The notes beneath the pieces are model-generated. The model saw only the letters and a list, made by a program, of their open reading frames with translations, searched no databases and was not told where the DNA came from. Positions 36,430-48,426 of a stretch of DNA of 64,000 nucleotides are shown here, piece after piece. The position numbers were made by a program, and so were the translations under genes. This DNA comes from Scenedesmus sp. PABB004 (lineage: Eukaryota). Each line of letters starts with the position of its first letter. The stretch's first letter is position 1. The stretch is from the NCBI GenBank assembly GCA_014905635.1, contig CM026547.1, forward strand, positions 2,480,001-2,544,000. Direction: 5' to 3'.

Positions 36430-37622
36430 TCAGGCCATGCCGGCGACGCCGCGCAGCTTGCGGCCCTGGTTCCAGTCGATCGTCTTGTACGGGCGCTTGT
36501 CCATCGCGGGGTTCCAGTTGCCGGGCGGGCCGCGGTCGGGGCCGCTGCGCTGGCCCCAGGGGTTCTTCGCGGGCTTGTTGGGCTTGTGCCAGCACGGCAC
36601 GTCGCGCCACTCGATCGCGATCACGCCCCATTTGGTGTCCGCGAGCTTCTCGTACGCCCACAGGCTGATGTCCATGTGGTACATGTCGCCGCAGCACCAG
36701 CGCTTGTTGGAGTAGTAGTTGCTGCGAGCAGGCGGGGCGCGCGCGCGCGCGCGCGCGCGCGTCAGCACGCGGCCCGCGCGGCGGCGGGCGCAGCGCGGCG
36801 CGCGGCGTGCGAGCGCGGGTACGTGCGGGGGAGCCGGCCACGGCGGCGCGGCGCGGCTGTGCAGCGCGGCGGCAGCAGGCGCGCGCGCGGCGCTCACCCA
36901 GGGTAGTGGCAGGGGCAGGTGTCGGTGATCGTCACGACCACGCTCGCGCTCGTGTCAAAGCAGACCGAGGCGCGGTCCAGCCACTGGCCGTAGCCGTCCT
37001 TGAAGCCGGAGGCCTTGCACTTGACCTCCTTGCACTTGCTGCGCGGCGGCGGGCGGCGGCGGCGCGCGTGGGCGAGCGCGCAGCGGACGTGCCCGCTCGC
37101 CGGGTGACTCGCCGCGCCGCCGGCCTGGGGCACGCGCCACCGCTGCCTGGCTGCCCGCTGGCGCGGCGGGGCGAGCGCCGGGGGCTGCCGGTCGCTCTGC
37201 GCGCGCAGCGGGGCCGGCGCCGGCGCGTGGCGCTGCCCGACTGCGCACCCGCAGGAGCCGCTGTAGTCCCAGGCCGTGTCCGAGATGGCGGCGGTGTCCC
37301 AGCCTGCGCGTCGGGGGCGGCGCAGAAGGGCACGTGAGTGAGAACGGCGTGGGGAGTGCGCCGCGATTGACTCGGCCCCACCCGCCCCGCGCGGCGCCGC
37401 GGCACGGCGCCCGGCCGGCGGGCGCAGGGTAGGGCCAGGGGGCTCACCGGTGCCGGCCTTCTCGTCCAGGTAGTTGTAGCCGCAGGAGCCATAGTGGATG
37501 GACCAGCCGTCCTTGCCGTAGAAGGTGGCCCGGCCCATGTTCCAGTTGCCGTAGCCGTTCTGAGCCGACGCCGCCGCGGCCAGGCCGAGCAGCAGGGCGG
37601 CGAGGAGGCAGGCGCGGGCCAT
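36430..37622 (-). CDS. Secreted expansin-like DPBB (RlpA/expansin D1) protein
   Basis: Signal peptide, GRATFYG...GSCGY, GSCGKCKEVKC, VVVTITDTCPC, WCCGDMYHMDIS and GVIAIEWRDVPC. Confidence 0.9.
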
Positions 37623-38123
37623 GGTGGCGGGCGTGTGTGGGCGCGCGTGCGTGCGCGGTGGGGGGCTTGGGGGCGGGGAGAGTGACTGGGGAGGTGCGCG
37701 CGCGCATGTATGAGGGAGGGAACGCCCGACGGCGGCTCTGTCAGTGGGTTAGCCCGAGGCAACGCGGTCGGGCGCGCTTTGAGTCAGACTTGCCCGCCTG
37801 TGCCCCACACGGCCCCGGCGCGCTCGTCCGAGGGCGACCGGCTGCAAGGGGGCCACTGGTGCCGGGCACGCCGGGTGCGCGCCGGGCAGCGCCGTCGGGC
37901 GAGCAGAGCAGATGTCGGTCGCGGCGGGTGACACCGGCGCAAACGCTCCAAACACGGTCACAAACGAGCCGAATAGGGATGGCGCGAGGCCAGCGCATCG
38001 CAACGCCGCGCGCAGGCCCGGGCGCGCCCAAATGCCGCTGCCGCCGCCGCGCGCAGCGGCGTCGCCATGCTCAGCAGCAGCCTCGCCAGCGGCTCCGCCC
38101 TCCGCAGCAGCCCGAGGCGCCCG

Positions 38124-39593
38124 TCAGCTGCTGTTGTCCTCGCTGCCGCTGCTGCTGCCGTAGCCGCCGATGAGGCCCATGAGGCCGCCCGCCCCGCCCG
38201 CGTCCGCCTTGGGCCGCTTGCTGCTCGCGTCGGGGCCGGCGCCGGCCGCCGCCGGCGGCGCCGCCGGCGCAGCCGCCGCCGGGCGCTTGCGCACCGCCAC
38301 CTTGATGGCCGGCCGCGCGGGCGCGGGCGCCGGCTTGGGCGCGGGCGCAGGCGCTGCTGCGCCCGCTGCGGCCGCCGCCGCGGCGCTGCTGCCGGGCCCG
38401 GGGCCAGCGCCGGCCGCGGCGTCGCCGTCGCTGTCCTCGTCCGAGTCCAGCCGCCGCATCACGGTGCTGCGCTGCGCCAGGAAGGCCTGCATCGCCTGCC
38501 GGTCCTCCTCCGACAGCTCGTCGTCCTCGTCGCCGCCAGCGCCGCCGCCAGCGCCGGCGCCGCCGGCCGCCGCGCCGCCGCCGCCGCCCTCGCCGCCGCC
38601 GCCCTCGCCGTCGCCCTCCTCGCCCTCCTCGCCCTCCTGCGCCGCGCCCTCGCGCACCAGCGCCGCCAGCGCCTGCTCGGTGGTGATGCCGGCATGCCTG
38701 CGGCGCGCCGCGGCGGCGGCGGCGGCGCCCGCGGCGCGCGGCCGTCGGCGGGCCGCGCCCCCTGCCCGCACGGCTGCACCCGTGCCCGCGCTCGCGCGCC
38801 GCGCCGCGCCGCCGCGCCCGCGCGCCCCTGGCGGTGTGTGGGTCCTCACCGCGCCTTGAGGCTGCGCATCTCGTCGAGGGCCTCCATGATGTCCATCTCG
38901 CGCTTGCTGTCCTTGGTGCGGTTCTCCAGCGCCTTCATCGCGTTGCCCCGCTCCTCCTCCTCCCGGCTGCGCACCGCCTCCGCCTTGAGCACGTCGGCCT
39001 GCGGCGCGCGCGGGGGGCGTCGCGCGTCTGCGCGCCGCGCAGACACGCGCGGCGGGGCCCGCGGCGGCGCCGGCGCGGCGGCGCCAGCGCGGCGGCGGCG
39101 CCCCGCTGCGCGCGCGCCTCGCGCCAGGGCTCGTAGTTCCTGTTGGCGCCCTCCTCCATGACGTAGTCGGAGGTCTTGGGGTCGGTGCGCATCGTGAACT
39201 CGGCCGCGCAGTTCTTGCAGCGGTAGTAGAAGCGAAAGATCTGCGCCGCGCCGTGCGCGCGACGGCAGCGTCGGCGCACGGCCGCGCGGCCGCCGCGCCG
39301 CGTGTGCCGCCGCCGCGCCGCGTGCGGGTGGCCGCCGCGCGCGCGTGCGCCGCGGCCGCCGCGGCGGGCGCGCGCGCCTGGATGCCGAGGTAGGTCTCGC
39401 CCACGATGTCCTCCTTGCGCGTGTTGAACTTGGTGCCCTTGTACATGAAGTTGCCGCACGTGCGGCAGCGCACGCTCATGGGCAGCATCATGCGCACCTT
39501 CATCTCATTGTTCTGCCCCCGCTTGCCCCGCGGCAGCTTCGCGGGGTCAAAGTCGGGCGGGTAGTACTTGTTGAGCACCTTGCGCTCGCCCAT
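38124..39593 (-). CDS. YJU2: Splicing factor YJU2 (CCDC94)
   Basis: [49 protein letters not shown] and [17 protein letters not shown]. Confidence 0.97.
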   Translation of the reverse strand: MGERKVLNKYYPPDFDPAKLPRGKRGQNNEMKVRMMLPMSVRCRTCGNFMYKGTKFNTRKEDIVGETYLGIQARAPAAAAAAHARAAATRTRRGGGTRGAAAARPCADAAVARTARRRSFASTTAARTARPSSRCAPTPRPPTTSWRRAPTGTTSPGARRARSGAPPPRWRRRAGAAAGPAARVCAARRRATPPARAAGRRAQGGGGAQPGGGGAGQRDEGAGEPHQGQQARDGHHGGPRRDAQPQGAVRTHTPPGARGRGGAARRASAGTGAAVRAGGAARRRPRAAGAAAAAAARRRHAGITTEQALAALVREGAAQEGEEGEEGDGEGGGGEGGGGGAAAGGAGAGGGAGGDEDDELSEEDRQAMQAFLAQRSTVMRRLDSDEDSDGDAAAGAGPGPGSSAAAAAAAGAAAPAPAPKPAPAPARPAIKVAVRKRPAAAAPAAPPAAAGAGPDASSKRPKADAGGAGGLMGLIGGYGSSSGSEDNSS

Positions 39594-40111
39594 GGTGCCC
39601 CGACGACGGCGGACCGCCCCAACGGGGAGCTGGCGGAGGAGACAGGCGCACGGGCTGGGGAGGCGCGCGCGGCAGCCGACGCGGCGCCGCTGCTGCTGGC
39701 GTCCGCTGCTGCTGCTGCGGCCGCCCTGTCGCAAGCGCTGCGCGGCTGAGGCGGGTCGGGTGCCGAGCGCCGGGGCCGGCGGCTGGCGCTGGGGGGCGGG
39801 CGCGGCGGCGCGAGGAGGCGGCGCGGCACGCGGCAGCGGCGGCGCTGGCGGCAGCGGCGCAGCGGCAGGGAGCGGGCGGCTTTCTGGTGGCACGGGGTGG
39901 CACGGGGACGCGGCGGCGGGGACGGGGAGTGACCGGGGCTGCCCGTCGGCGGGCTCAAAGGCCGTGCAGCAAGCCGCGCGGGTTCCGAGGCCCTGCCCGG
40001 CCGCCTCCCAGGGCGTGGCCAGATCGGCTTGCGGTGTGTGTGCGTGTGTGGCGGTCGCCGCGGCCCTGCGACGCCCTGGCAAAGCGCACAGGCGCAGCAG
40101 CAGCAGCAGCG

Positions 40112-41228
40112 ATGGCGCCGCCGCTCTGCGCCGCCCACGCGCGGCTGCTGCTCTCCTCCCTGGCGCCGCTCCTGGGCAGCAGCAGCATCAGCGCGTGCGC
40201 CAGAGCGCTGGGCGGGCGGCGGCCCTTCAGCAGCGCCGGCGGCGCCGGCGGCGGCAGCAGCAGCAGCGGCGGCGGCGGCGGCGACGGTGCGCGGCGCCGG
40301 CCGCACGCCGGCGCGCGACCGCCGGCTGCCCCCCCCCCCCCCCTCCCCCGCTCATGCACCGCGCCGCCGGCCCCGCAGGCGACACGCTCGCCGAGTTCCA
40401 GCAAAAGGTCGCGGCGCTGCGGGGCGGCGGCCAGACGGAGCAGCGCCTGCAGGCCTTCATAAGCGCGGCCGGCGCGCCGGGCCCGGGCGCAGCACCCGGC
40501 GGCGGCGCACGCGGCGGCGGCATCGGCGGCGCGCGCGCGGCGGCCGACGCGGCAGCGGCTGCGGACGCGGCGCCCGGGGGCGGCGCGGGCGAGGGGGGCG
40601 GGGAGGCGAGCCTGTTCAGCGCGAAGTTTGGCTACGCCGTGCTGGGCGGCGTCAACCCCGACGCGAGCCTGCAGGAGGCGGGCGCGGCGCAGCCCAAGCT
40701 GCACCCCACGCGCGACTTTAAGCACGGGGAGACGTATGAGCCCTCGGTGAGCGGCGGCGGCAGCGGCGCAGCGGCGGCGGCGGCGGCGTGTGGGCCGCCC
40801 GGGCGGTCGGCGCGCCCGGCGGCGCGCCGACCCCGCCTGCGCCCCGCGCGTGCGCGCGCGCGCGCGTGCCGCAGGACCTGAGCCCGCTCGCGCGCGAGGA
40901 GGGCGAGGCGTGGCTGCCGCGCATGCGGCGCGGCGCTCGGCCGCAGCGGCTGCCCGCCGACGAGGTCGCGGCGGCGCTGGACTTCAAGGCCGTGGACCTG
41001 CTGCTAAACTTTGTGAGCGCGTCGGGCCGCCTCAGGCCGCGGCGCGAGACGGGCTTGAAGCCGGTGCTGCAGGCGCGCGTCGCGCGCGCCGTCAAGCTGT
41101 CGCGCCAGATGGCGCTGCTGCCGTACGAGATGCGCGTCGGCGACGGCGGCGACGGCGACCGCTGGCGGCGCATGCGTGAGGCCAAGGCCGCGCAGGCGGC
41201 GGTCGAGCGCGCGCGCGCGGAGCGGTAG
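40112..41228 (+). CDS. rps18: Mitochondrial ribosomal protein S18 (bS18m) with N-terminal extension
   Basis: Mitochondrial-type presequence (..RRPFSS) and [46 protein letters not shown]. Confidence 0.85.
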
Positions 41229-41256
41229 CGGCGGCGGGGCCCGAGCAGTGCAGGCG

Positions 41257-41261
41257 TGTAA
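41257..41261 (+). promoter_or_regulatory. TGTAA polyadenylation signal for S18
   Basis: TGTAA 28 nt after the TAG stop. Confidence 0.6.
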
Positions 41262-41405
41262 CGTCGTCGGCCCAAGCGCGCGGTCCCGACTCGCCCGCTC
41301 GATCACAGCCATACCAGAAGCGGCACACACACAGCGCAGGCCGCCCCGCATGCGTGGCTCGCGGCGGCAGCAGCGGGGCGCCGCGCCGCGCCGCCTGCGC
41401 GCGGC

Positions 41406-43683
41406 ATGAGCGCCGGGCAGCCGGGAGCGATCTACTCGCCTCCTCCCTGTGCCGTGGCGCTGCTGCAGGAGCTGCTGCGTGGGCCCGGCGCTGCGGAGGG
41501 CGGCGCGGCTCGGGATGCTGCTGCTGCGCCGCCAGCCAGCGCCCAGCACGCGCCGCACGCGGCTCAAGGGCACGGCAATGGTGCCGTGCGCTGCGAGGAG
41601 CAGCAGCTTGGCGAGCAGGCGGCGGACCGCAAGCGTGCGCGGCCGCCCGGCAGCAGCGGCGCCGGCGGCGCGTGCGCGCCTGCGCCCGGCAGCGAGGCGC
41701 AGCCACCGGAGGCCGGCGGCCCCACCAAGCGCCCCAAGCCTTGCGCCAAGCCAGTGGACCAGGCGAAGCTCCTGAGCAAGCTGGTGCGCGACGCGCGCGC
41801 GGGGCGCGGCAGCGGCAGCGGCGCGGCCGCGCAGCGGTGCTCCCCCGCGCCGCGCCCGCCGCCGGGGCCGGGCCCGCGCGCGAGCCCGCAGCCCGCCAGC
41901 AGCAGCCAGGCGCCCGGGCGCCATGGCGGGGCACCGGCGGCGCAGCGCGCGCCCAGCCGGGAGCCGTCGCCGCCGGGCAGCGCGGGCAGCGCCGCGTTCT
42001 TGGCGGCTGCCGGCGCGCTGGAGCAGGTGGTCGCGCGGCAGAGCAGCCAGGAGGCAGAGCAGCGCGTAGGCGCGGCGGAGCCGCACGCAGGCGACGGCGG
42101 CGAGTGGCTCGCGCTTTGGCACGCGGGCCTGCTCTCGGCGCGCGGCGGCGGCGCGGCAGACGCGGCGGCGGCAGCGGCAGCGCCGCACGCAGCAGGCGGC
42201 CCGGCGATCGGCGGCGGCACGCAGCCAGGGGGCGGCCCGCCGCCGGAGCAGGCGCAGCAGCAGCTGCGCTCGGCGCCGCAGGCGGAGCGGCCGTCGGAAG
42301 CTGGGGGCTTTGACGGCGGCGAAGGCAGCATGGAAGACGGGGAGCTGCCGGACGAGCCGGCGGACGAGGCCATGCAGGAGCAGCAGGAGCAGCAGCAGGA
42401 GCAGCAGGAGGGGCAGGAGCAGCAGCAGCAGCAGCAGCGGGAGCAGGAACCGGCCTCGCGCGGGCTCACGCTGGCGAGCCTGCTGTTTGCTGTGCCCGAG
42501 CTGCCAATCAAGTACGCCGGCAGCAGCGCTGCTGGCGCCGCTGCGGCGCGCCCGGCAGCGCACACGGGCCAGCAGCAGCACCAGCAGCGACAGCCGGCAC
42601 CGCCGGCGCAGCAGCGGCGGCAGGGCGTCCCGCCTGGCGGCCACACCGGCCGCGCGGCCACGGCCGGGCAGCACGTCAGCAGCGACGAGGAGGGCGAGCT
42701 CCCCAGCGAGGAGGAGGGCGAGGTTGCGGCGCCGGCCGCCGCCGCGCTCGCGGGCCGCGGCGCCGGCAGCGCGTCGGACGAGGACGGCGACCCCGCCGAC
42801 GGCGCGGGCGCGGGCGCAAAGCGCAAGGCCAAGTCGCGCGGCGGCAAGAAGGTGCGCGCGCGCCTCAACCGCGAGGCCGCGGAGCGCGCCGCGGCGGCGG
42901 CGCCCGGCGGCGGCGGCGCCGGCGGCGGCGTGGGGCTGTACGCCGACATCCGCGCGTGGGAGAAGGAGCAGCAGACGCGCGGCGCCAAGGTGGTGAGCGC
43001 CGCGGCGGGGGCGGCTGGCCGGGGCGGCTGGCGGGGGCGGCCGGCCGGGGCTGCTGGCGCTGGGCCGGCTGCTCGCCTGGCCGCGGCGCGCGCGCCCCAC
43101 ACCTCTGCGTCTGCCGCCCCGCGCGCAGGCCCCCGACCCCGCCAAGGAGCTGCGCTTCGCGATCGCCGCCGACAAGCCGCCCTGCACCTTTTGGCAGGCG
43201 GGGCGCTGCACACGCGGCGCCGACTGCCCCTTCCCCCACGCCGGCACGGCCCCGGCGCGGCTGCTCGCGTGCAAGTTCCACGCGCGCGGCAAGTGCGCCA
43301 AGGGCGCGGCATGCCGCTACAGCCACGACCCGCTGTCGGCGCTGCCCTGCCCCGACCTGGTGCTCTACGGGCGCTGCGCGCGCGCGCCGGGCGCGCCGCC
43401 GGGCGGCGCCCCCGGGCCGCCCTGCCCGCACAGCCACGCCGCGCTGCCCGACGCGTCGGCGCTCGCGCTGCGGCGGCTGCTGCTGAAGCTGCAGCAGTCG
43501 GCGGCTGACGACAAGGGCGGCGGCAGCGGCGGTGGCAAGGGGGCCCCCCGCCGCGGCGGCGGTGGCGGCGGCGGCGGCAGCCAGAGCCTCGCGCAGCAGC
43601 GCGCGCCGGCGCCGCCGCACGCGCCGGCGCCCTGGCCGCCGCAATCGGCGCCGCCACCGCAAGGCTGGCCGCCGCGGCTGTGA
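41406..43683 (+). CDS. CCCH zinc-finger protein (three CCCH fingers, ZC3H4/6/8-like)
   Basis: After an intron near 42993-43128: CTFWQAGRCTRGADCPFPH, CKFHARGKCAKGAACRYSH and CPDLVLYGRC...CPHSH. Also EDGEL/EEGEL motifs. Confidence 0.8.
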
Positions 43684-43898
43684 GGGCGGGGAGGAGGTGC
43701 GCGAGGCATTACGCGCATTACAGCTCGTTCTGCCCGCAGAACAGCCCGGTCGTCTCCCGCGCTGCGCATGCTCAGCCGCCCGCGCGGCGCCCGCGTCCGC
43801 AACGCTCGCCCGCGCCAACGCGACCAGGCCCGCCCCGCGCCGCGCAGCAGCAGCTGCGACCACAGAATCGCGCGCGCTCGCTGCGCCCGCCACGCGCC

Positions 43899-45316
43899 AT
43901 GGCGGCCGCCCTCACGCACTCCAGCGTCGCGGGATGCGCCGCGCAGACTTCCCGCACCGGCCGCAGGTGCAATCCGGCCCCCGCCGCGCGCGGAGCGGCC
44001 GCGCCTGCGCCGGCCTCACCCGCCGCGCGCCCCGCGCTCCCCGCAGGGCCGTGGCGCCGCGCCCGGCGCCCTTCAGCAGCAGCACCAGCAGCCCCAGCAG
44101 CTCCCGCAGCGTGCAGGTGCGCCGGCGTGCCGGCGGCGCGGCGGCGGCAGCGGTTGCGCGCCTCTGCTGCTGCCGCACGCCCAGCGGCGTGTGCCCCCCC
44201 TCACCCCCGCACGCGCGCAGGCGCACGCCAAGGGCAAGGGCAGCCGGCGCATGATGTCGCCGACGATGAGCCCCGGCCAGATGGTGCGCGCCGCGCGCGG
44301 GCCGAGCGCGCGGGCCTCGCCGGCCGAGCGCGGGCAGGGCGCGCGCTGCGAGCGGCGCGCGCGGCGGCGCGTGCCGAGCGCGCGCCGCGCGCGGCCGCCG
44401 CGCAGATGAAGCCGCCCGTGCCTGAGGTGGACCCGGACAACGAGGAGTTTTGCATCTTCATCCGCGCCACCTCGGGGGTGGGCACGCGCCGCGGCGGCGG
44501 CGGCGGGGCGGGGCGGGGCGGGGCCGCGGCGCAGCGGCAGCGCGGCAGCGCGGTGTGGCCACGCCTCCCCCTCACGGCGCTGCCGCTGCGCGCGCCGCGG
44601 CGCGCGCGCAGAACTACCAGAACTGGGTGTTTGTGTCGGTCGTCAAGGGCGGCAGCGCCGCCAACGCGCTGGTCAAGTCCCTGCAGACCGAGTGGGGCCG
44701 CAAGCTGTACGGCCGCACGCTCATCTCCAACATTGGCAACGCCGTCTACAAGGCGCGCCGCGCGCGCCCGCGGCGCAGGGCCGCCCGGCCGCGGGCGCCG
44801 GCGGCGGGGCGGGCGGCGCCTCTGGCGCGGCGCGCGCCCGCGCCGGCCGCGCGCTCACTCGCCCCCGCGCTCACTCGCCCGCGCGCCGTGCTGCGTGTTG
44901 CCGGCCGCAGGACCGCGACGTGATTGTGAAGAGCCTGAAGAACCAGATCAAGCAGAGCATCGCCAACAGCCAAATGGCGCCCGGCGCGCGCGTGATGGAG
45001 CCGCTGCTCAACCAGCCGACCAACAACTTTGAGTTTGCGTTCAAGATCAGGGTGCGCAGCAGCGGCGGCCCCGGCGGCGGCGGCGGCGGCAGCGGCAGCG
45101 CGGTCGCCGCCCGCAGCGCGCTGTCGCCGCGCCCGCGCCGGCCGCCCGACCGCCGGCCGCCGCGCGCAGGACAAGACGCGGCCGGGCGAGTTCCAGAAGG
45201 CGGAGGGCCTGACCATCATCCCCAAGGAGAGCGAGATCGTGGCGCTGCCGCTCGACAAGCTCCGGGCCTTCTTCTCGCCCGACAGCCTCGGCACGCTCCT
45301 CGGCGGCAGCAGCTGA
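43899..45316 (+). CDS. HHL1: HHL1-like thylakoid protein (PSII repair)
   Basis: Transit peptide, PEVDPDNEEFCIFIR, WVFVSVVKGGSAANALV...WGRKLYGRTLISNIGNAVYKD, FEFAFKI and PLDKLRAFF, resembling plant HHL1. Confidence 0.8.
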
Positions 45317-45454
45317 GTGGGCGCGCGGCGCCGCCACGGGGGCCCGGCGGGGTAATCTGCTCGTCTCGTGCGCTGAGCTGCGCTCGGGCCGGCCGACCGC
45401 GCGGCGCGGCGATCGGGGGCCGCGCGGGCGGGCGGCCGCGGCCGCGCCGGCACG

Positions 45455-47447
45455 TCACAGCTCCTTGCCCGCCGCACCCGCACCCGCCGCGCCGCCCGGC
45501 GCTGGCCGCGCCTGCAGCTGCTGCTGCCGCGTGTTGTTCCGCACCGCGACCCGCAGCCGCGGCCCGTCCACGCTGAGCGCGAGCGTGCAGCCCTCGCGCG
45601 CGCGGCACCCCGGCAGCGCCATCGCCTGCCGCAGCGGGCGCCCGACCTGGCGCGTGATGGCGGGGTCGATGACCTTCGCGCCGTCCAGGGGGTACGGCCC
45701 GCTGAAGTCGACCTGCGCCGCGGCGGCGGCGGCGGCGCGGCGGGGCTCAGGGCGCGGGGCACAAGGGCTTTGCGGCCGTCAGCGACAGCGGCGCCGCGGC
45801 GCGTGCAGCGCGCGGCACGCGCCTTGCCCGCGAGGAACGCCGGCACGTCGGGGCCCCAGGTCAGCGCGGCACGCGCGTGCTGCGCGGCGAGCAAGTCGGC
45901 GCGCTCGCGCAGCGACAGCTCCGCGAGCTGCGCCATGTGCCGGCGCTCGAGGGGCAGGAAGGGCAGGAAGGCATCGATGAGGCTCAGCAGCACCAGCGTG
46001 TCCTCGTAGCTCTCCCCGCACCCCGCGCGCCGCCACTGCTCAAACACGACGCCGCGCAGCAGCGCCTCCGCGCCCTCCGCCGTCACCTGCGCCGCCGCCG
46101 GCGCGCTCGGGGGCGGCGTGGCGCGCTTGCGCGCCGGCGCCCCGCCGGCCCCCCGCCGTGCGGGGCGCCGCCCGGCCCCCGGCGCGCACCTTGCGCCTGT
46201 CGCCCAGCTGGCTGAGCATCTCCTCCAGCTCCGCCATGCCCAGGTTGGACTCCAGCAGGATGACCGCCCTGCAGCGCGCCAGCGCGGCGGCAGCGCCGGC
46301 GGCTGGGCGGCGCGCCGCACGCGGCGCCCCGCGCCCTCCCGCCCCCGTGTCGGGCGCGCCTGTTGGTGGTGATGTTGGCGCGCTCGGGGTGCTGCAGCAG
46401 CTGGCGCACGAGGCCCCGCGCGGCGCAGTCCATCTTGTCATACTCCTCCACCACCAGCAGCGCCTCGGGGCTCGACCGCAGGTGCCCCACCACCTCGCCG
46501 CGCAGCGCGTCGAGCCGCCCCGCCGCCTCCGGCACCAGGTAGTCCAGGCCGTACACCACCTGGCGCGCGCGAGGGTGGCGCGCGGCGCGGTGGGCGGACG
46601 CCGGCCGGGCGGCGCACGGGGGCCCCGGGCGGCGGCGCGCGGGGGCCCCGGGCGGGCGCGCGCGGGCCGCGCCTTGTAGCCGCGGCACGCGGGGCCGGGG
46701 CAGTGCAGGCCGCGCGCGGGGCGGCGGCTGTAGAGCGCGCGCGCGAGCCAGAGGTGGCTGTAGGTCTTGCCCACGCCGGGCGGGCCGTGCACCGAGAGCA
46801 CGAGCGGCTTCTTGGGCCGCGGCTGTGAAAGGTGGTGGCACACCGCGTCGGTGAGCTGCCCCAGCGCCAGGTCCTGGCCCACCACCTCCGCCGGCAGCAC
46901 GCGCTCAACGTTGGCGCACGCCGTGTCGACAAAGTGCGCGCCGCCTGGCGCGGCGCGGCGCGGCGTCGACCGGCGGCCGCGCAGGCGGGCGGCGCGGGCG
47001 GGCGGCGGCCGCACCCGTCATGTAGAGCGCCACCATGCTGCCCAGCGCGACCACGCCCGCCGCCAGCAGCGACATCGCAGCGCCCCCGCATGCGGCGCGC
47101 GCTCCCGCCGCTGCCGCCGCCGCTGCCGCTGCCGCCGCTGCTGCTCCTGCTCCTCCTGCTCCTCCTGCACTTCCTGCTGCTCCTGCTGCTGCTGCTGCTG
47201 TCCCGTTGCCTGGTGGGCGATTTTTCGCAGCGGCCGTTCGAGTGCGCCGCTGCCGCTGCCGGTGCGCGATCGCTGCTGTCGGCGACGGGATCGCCGTGCG
47301 ACGCGCTTGAGATATCGGGAGCCGCTGTGCGCAGCGCGGCAGCGCGGGAGCGCTTGTCGCCGAGCGGCGGCGGTGCAGGCCGCTGCGCCCTCGAGCGAAC
47401 AGCTCCCCAGCCTGGGACCCCAGCCCAGCAGTTCTCGCCTCTGCCAT
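45455..47447 (-). CDS. Torsin-like AAA+ ATPase, membrane-anchored / ER-type (alternative start 47075)
   Basis: Hydrophobic LLAAGVVALGSMVALYM, EVVGQDLA, PRPKKPLVLSVHGPPGVGKT, LLVVEEYDKM, RAVILLESN, LIDAFLPFLPLERRHM, DGAK and C-terminal GKEL*. Confidence 0.85.
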
Positions 47448-47595
47448 TCGTGCCGTTCACTCCCGCAGCTCGCCACCAGCCACACGCTTGCCGCCGCCGC
47501 CGCCGCCACCGTCGGCGGTGCGCCGCCGCTGCCGCTGCCGGCGCCGCTCCGGCACCGCCGCGCGTCGCGCGCGCACCAGCCAACGCCACGCCCGC

Positions 47596-48267
47596 ATGGC
47601 GGCAGCGGTAGGCGAGGCGCTCAAGCACACGGGCCTGACCTGCGCGCGCTATGCGGCGGGCGACGGGCTGGGGCGCGCGCTCGCGCACGTCGCGCTCGCG
47701 CCGGTCGCGCTGCTCGTCTGGCAGGCGGCCAAGGTCTACACGCGGCGCGAGGTGCACGAGGCGGCGCTGCTGCTGGGCCTGGTGCTGGAGGAGGGCCTCG
47801 CGCGCGCGCTCAAGCACGCGCTCGCGCACCCCCGGCCGCCGAGCTGCGCCGCGCTGGGGCTGTGCGCGTCGCACGGCATGCCCTCCAGCCACACCAGCCT
47901 CATGTTTGCATACCTCGCCGCCACGACCGCCGCGGCGGCCGCCGCCGCGCCGCGCCGGCGGCCCGCCGCGCGCGCGCTCGCGGCGGCGGAGCAGGCCGCG
48001 CTCGCCGCGGCCGCGCTCGGCGTCGCCGCGTCGCGGCTGTACCTGGGCTACCACTCGGCCGACCAGGTCGCCGCGGGCGCAGCGCTCGGCGCGGCGTACG
48101 GGCTCGCGCTGCACGCCGCGCTCGCGGCGGCGGCGCCGCTGTTCGCGCGGCTCGCGGCGCTGCCGCCGCTCGCGGCGCTGGGCGCCAAGGACACGTGGGG
48201 CTGTGCCGAGCCGCTCGCGGTCGAGCAGGCGGCGCACGCGCGCGCCGCCAAGGCCAAGGCCGGCTGA
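47596..48267 (+). CDS. DOLPP1: Dolichyl-pyrophosphate phosphatase (PAP2 family), intronless
   Basis: LTCARYAAGD.LG, and the PAP2 motifs LKHALAHPRP, GMPSSH and SRLYLGYHSADQV. Confidence 0.9.
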   Translation: MAAAVGEALKHTGLTCARYAAGDGLGRALAHVALAPVALLVWQAAKVYTRREVHEAALLLGLVLEEGLARALKHALAHPRPPSCAALGLCASHGMPSSHTSLMFAYLAATTAAAAAAAPRRRPAARALAAAEQAALAAAALGVAASRLYLGYHSADQVAAGAALGAAYGLALHAALAAAAPLFARLAALPPLAALGAKDTWGCAEPLAVEQAAHARAAKAKAG

Positions 48268-48426
48268 GGGCTGGCGCGGCGGCGGAGGACGCAACCGTGT
48301 TACCGACGACCGGTCGCCCGTCAGTTGTGTGCGCGCGAGCACTCGCGCCCGGCCCAGCCCCCGCAAGACGCCCGCCCGCCAGCCCACCCCCCTCCCTCGC
48401 CCACGCGCTCGCGCGCACCGCCGCGC

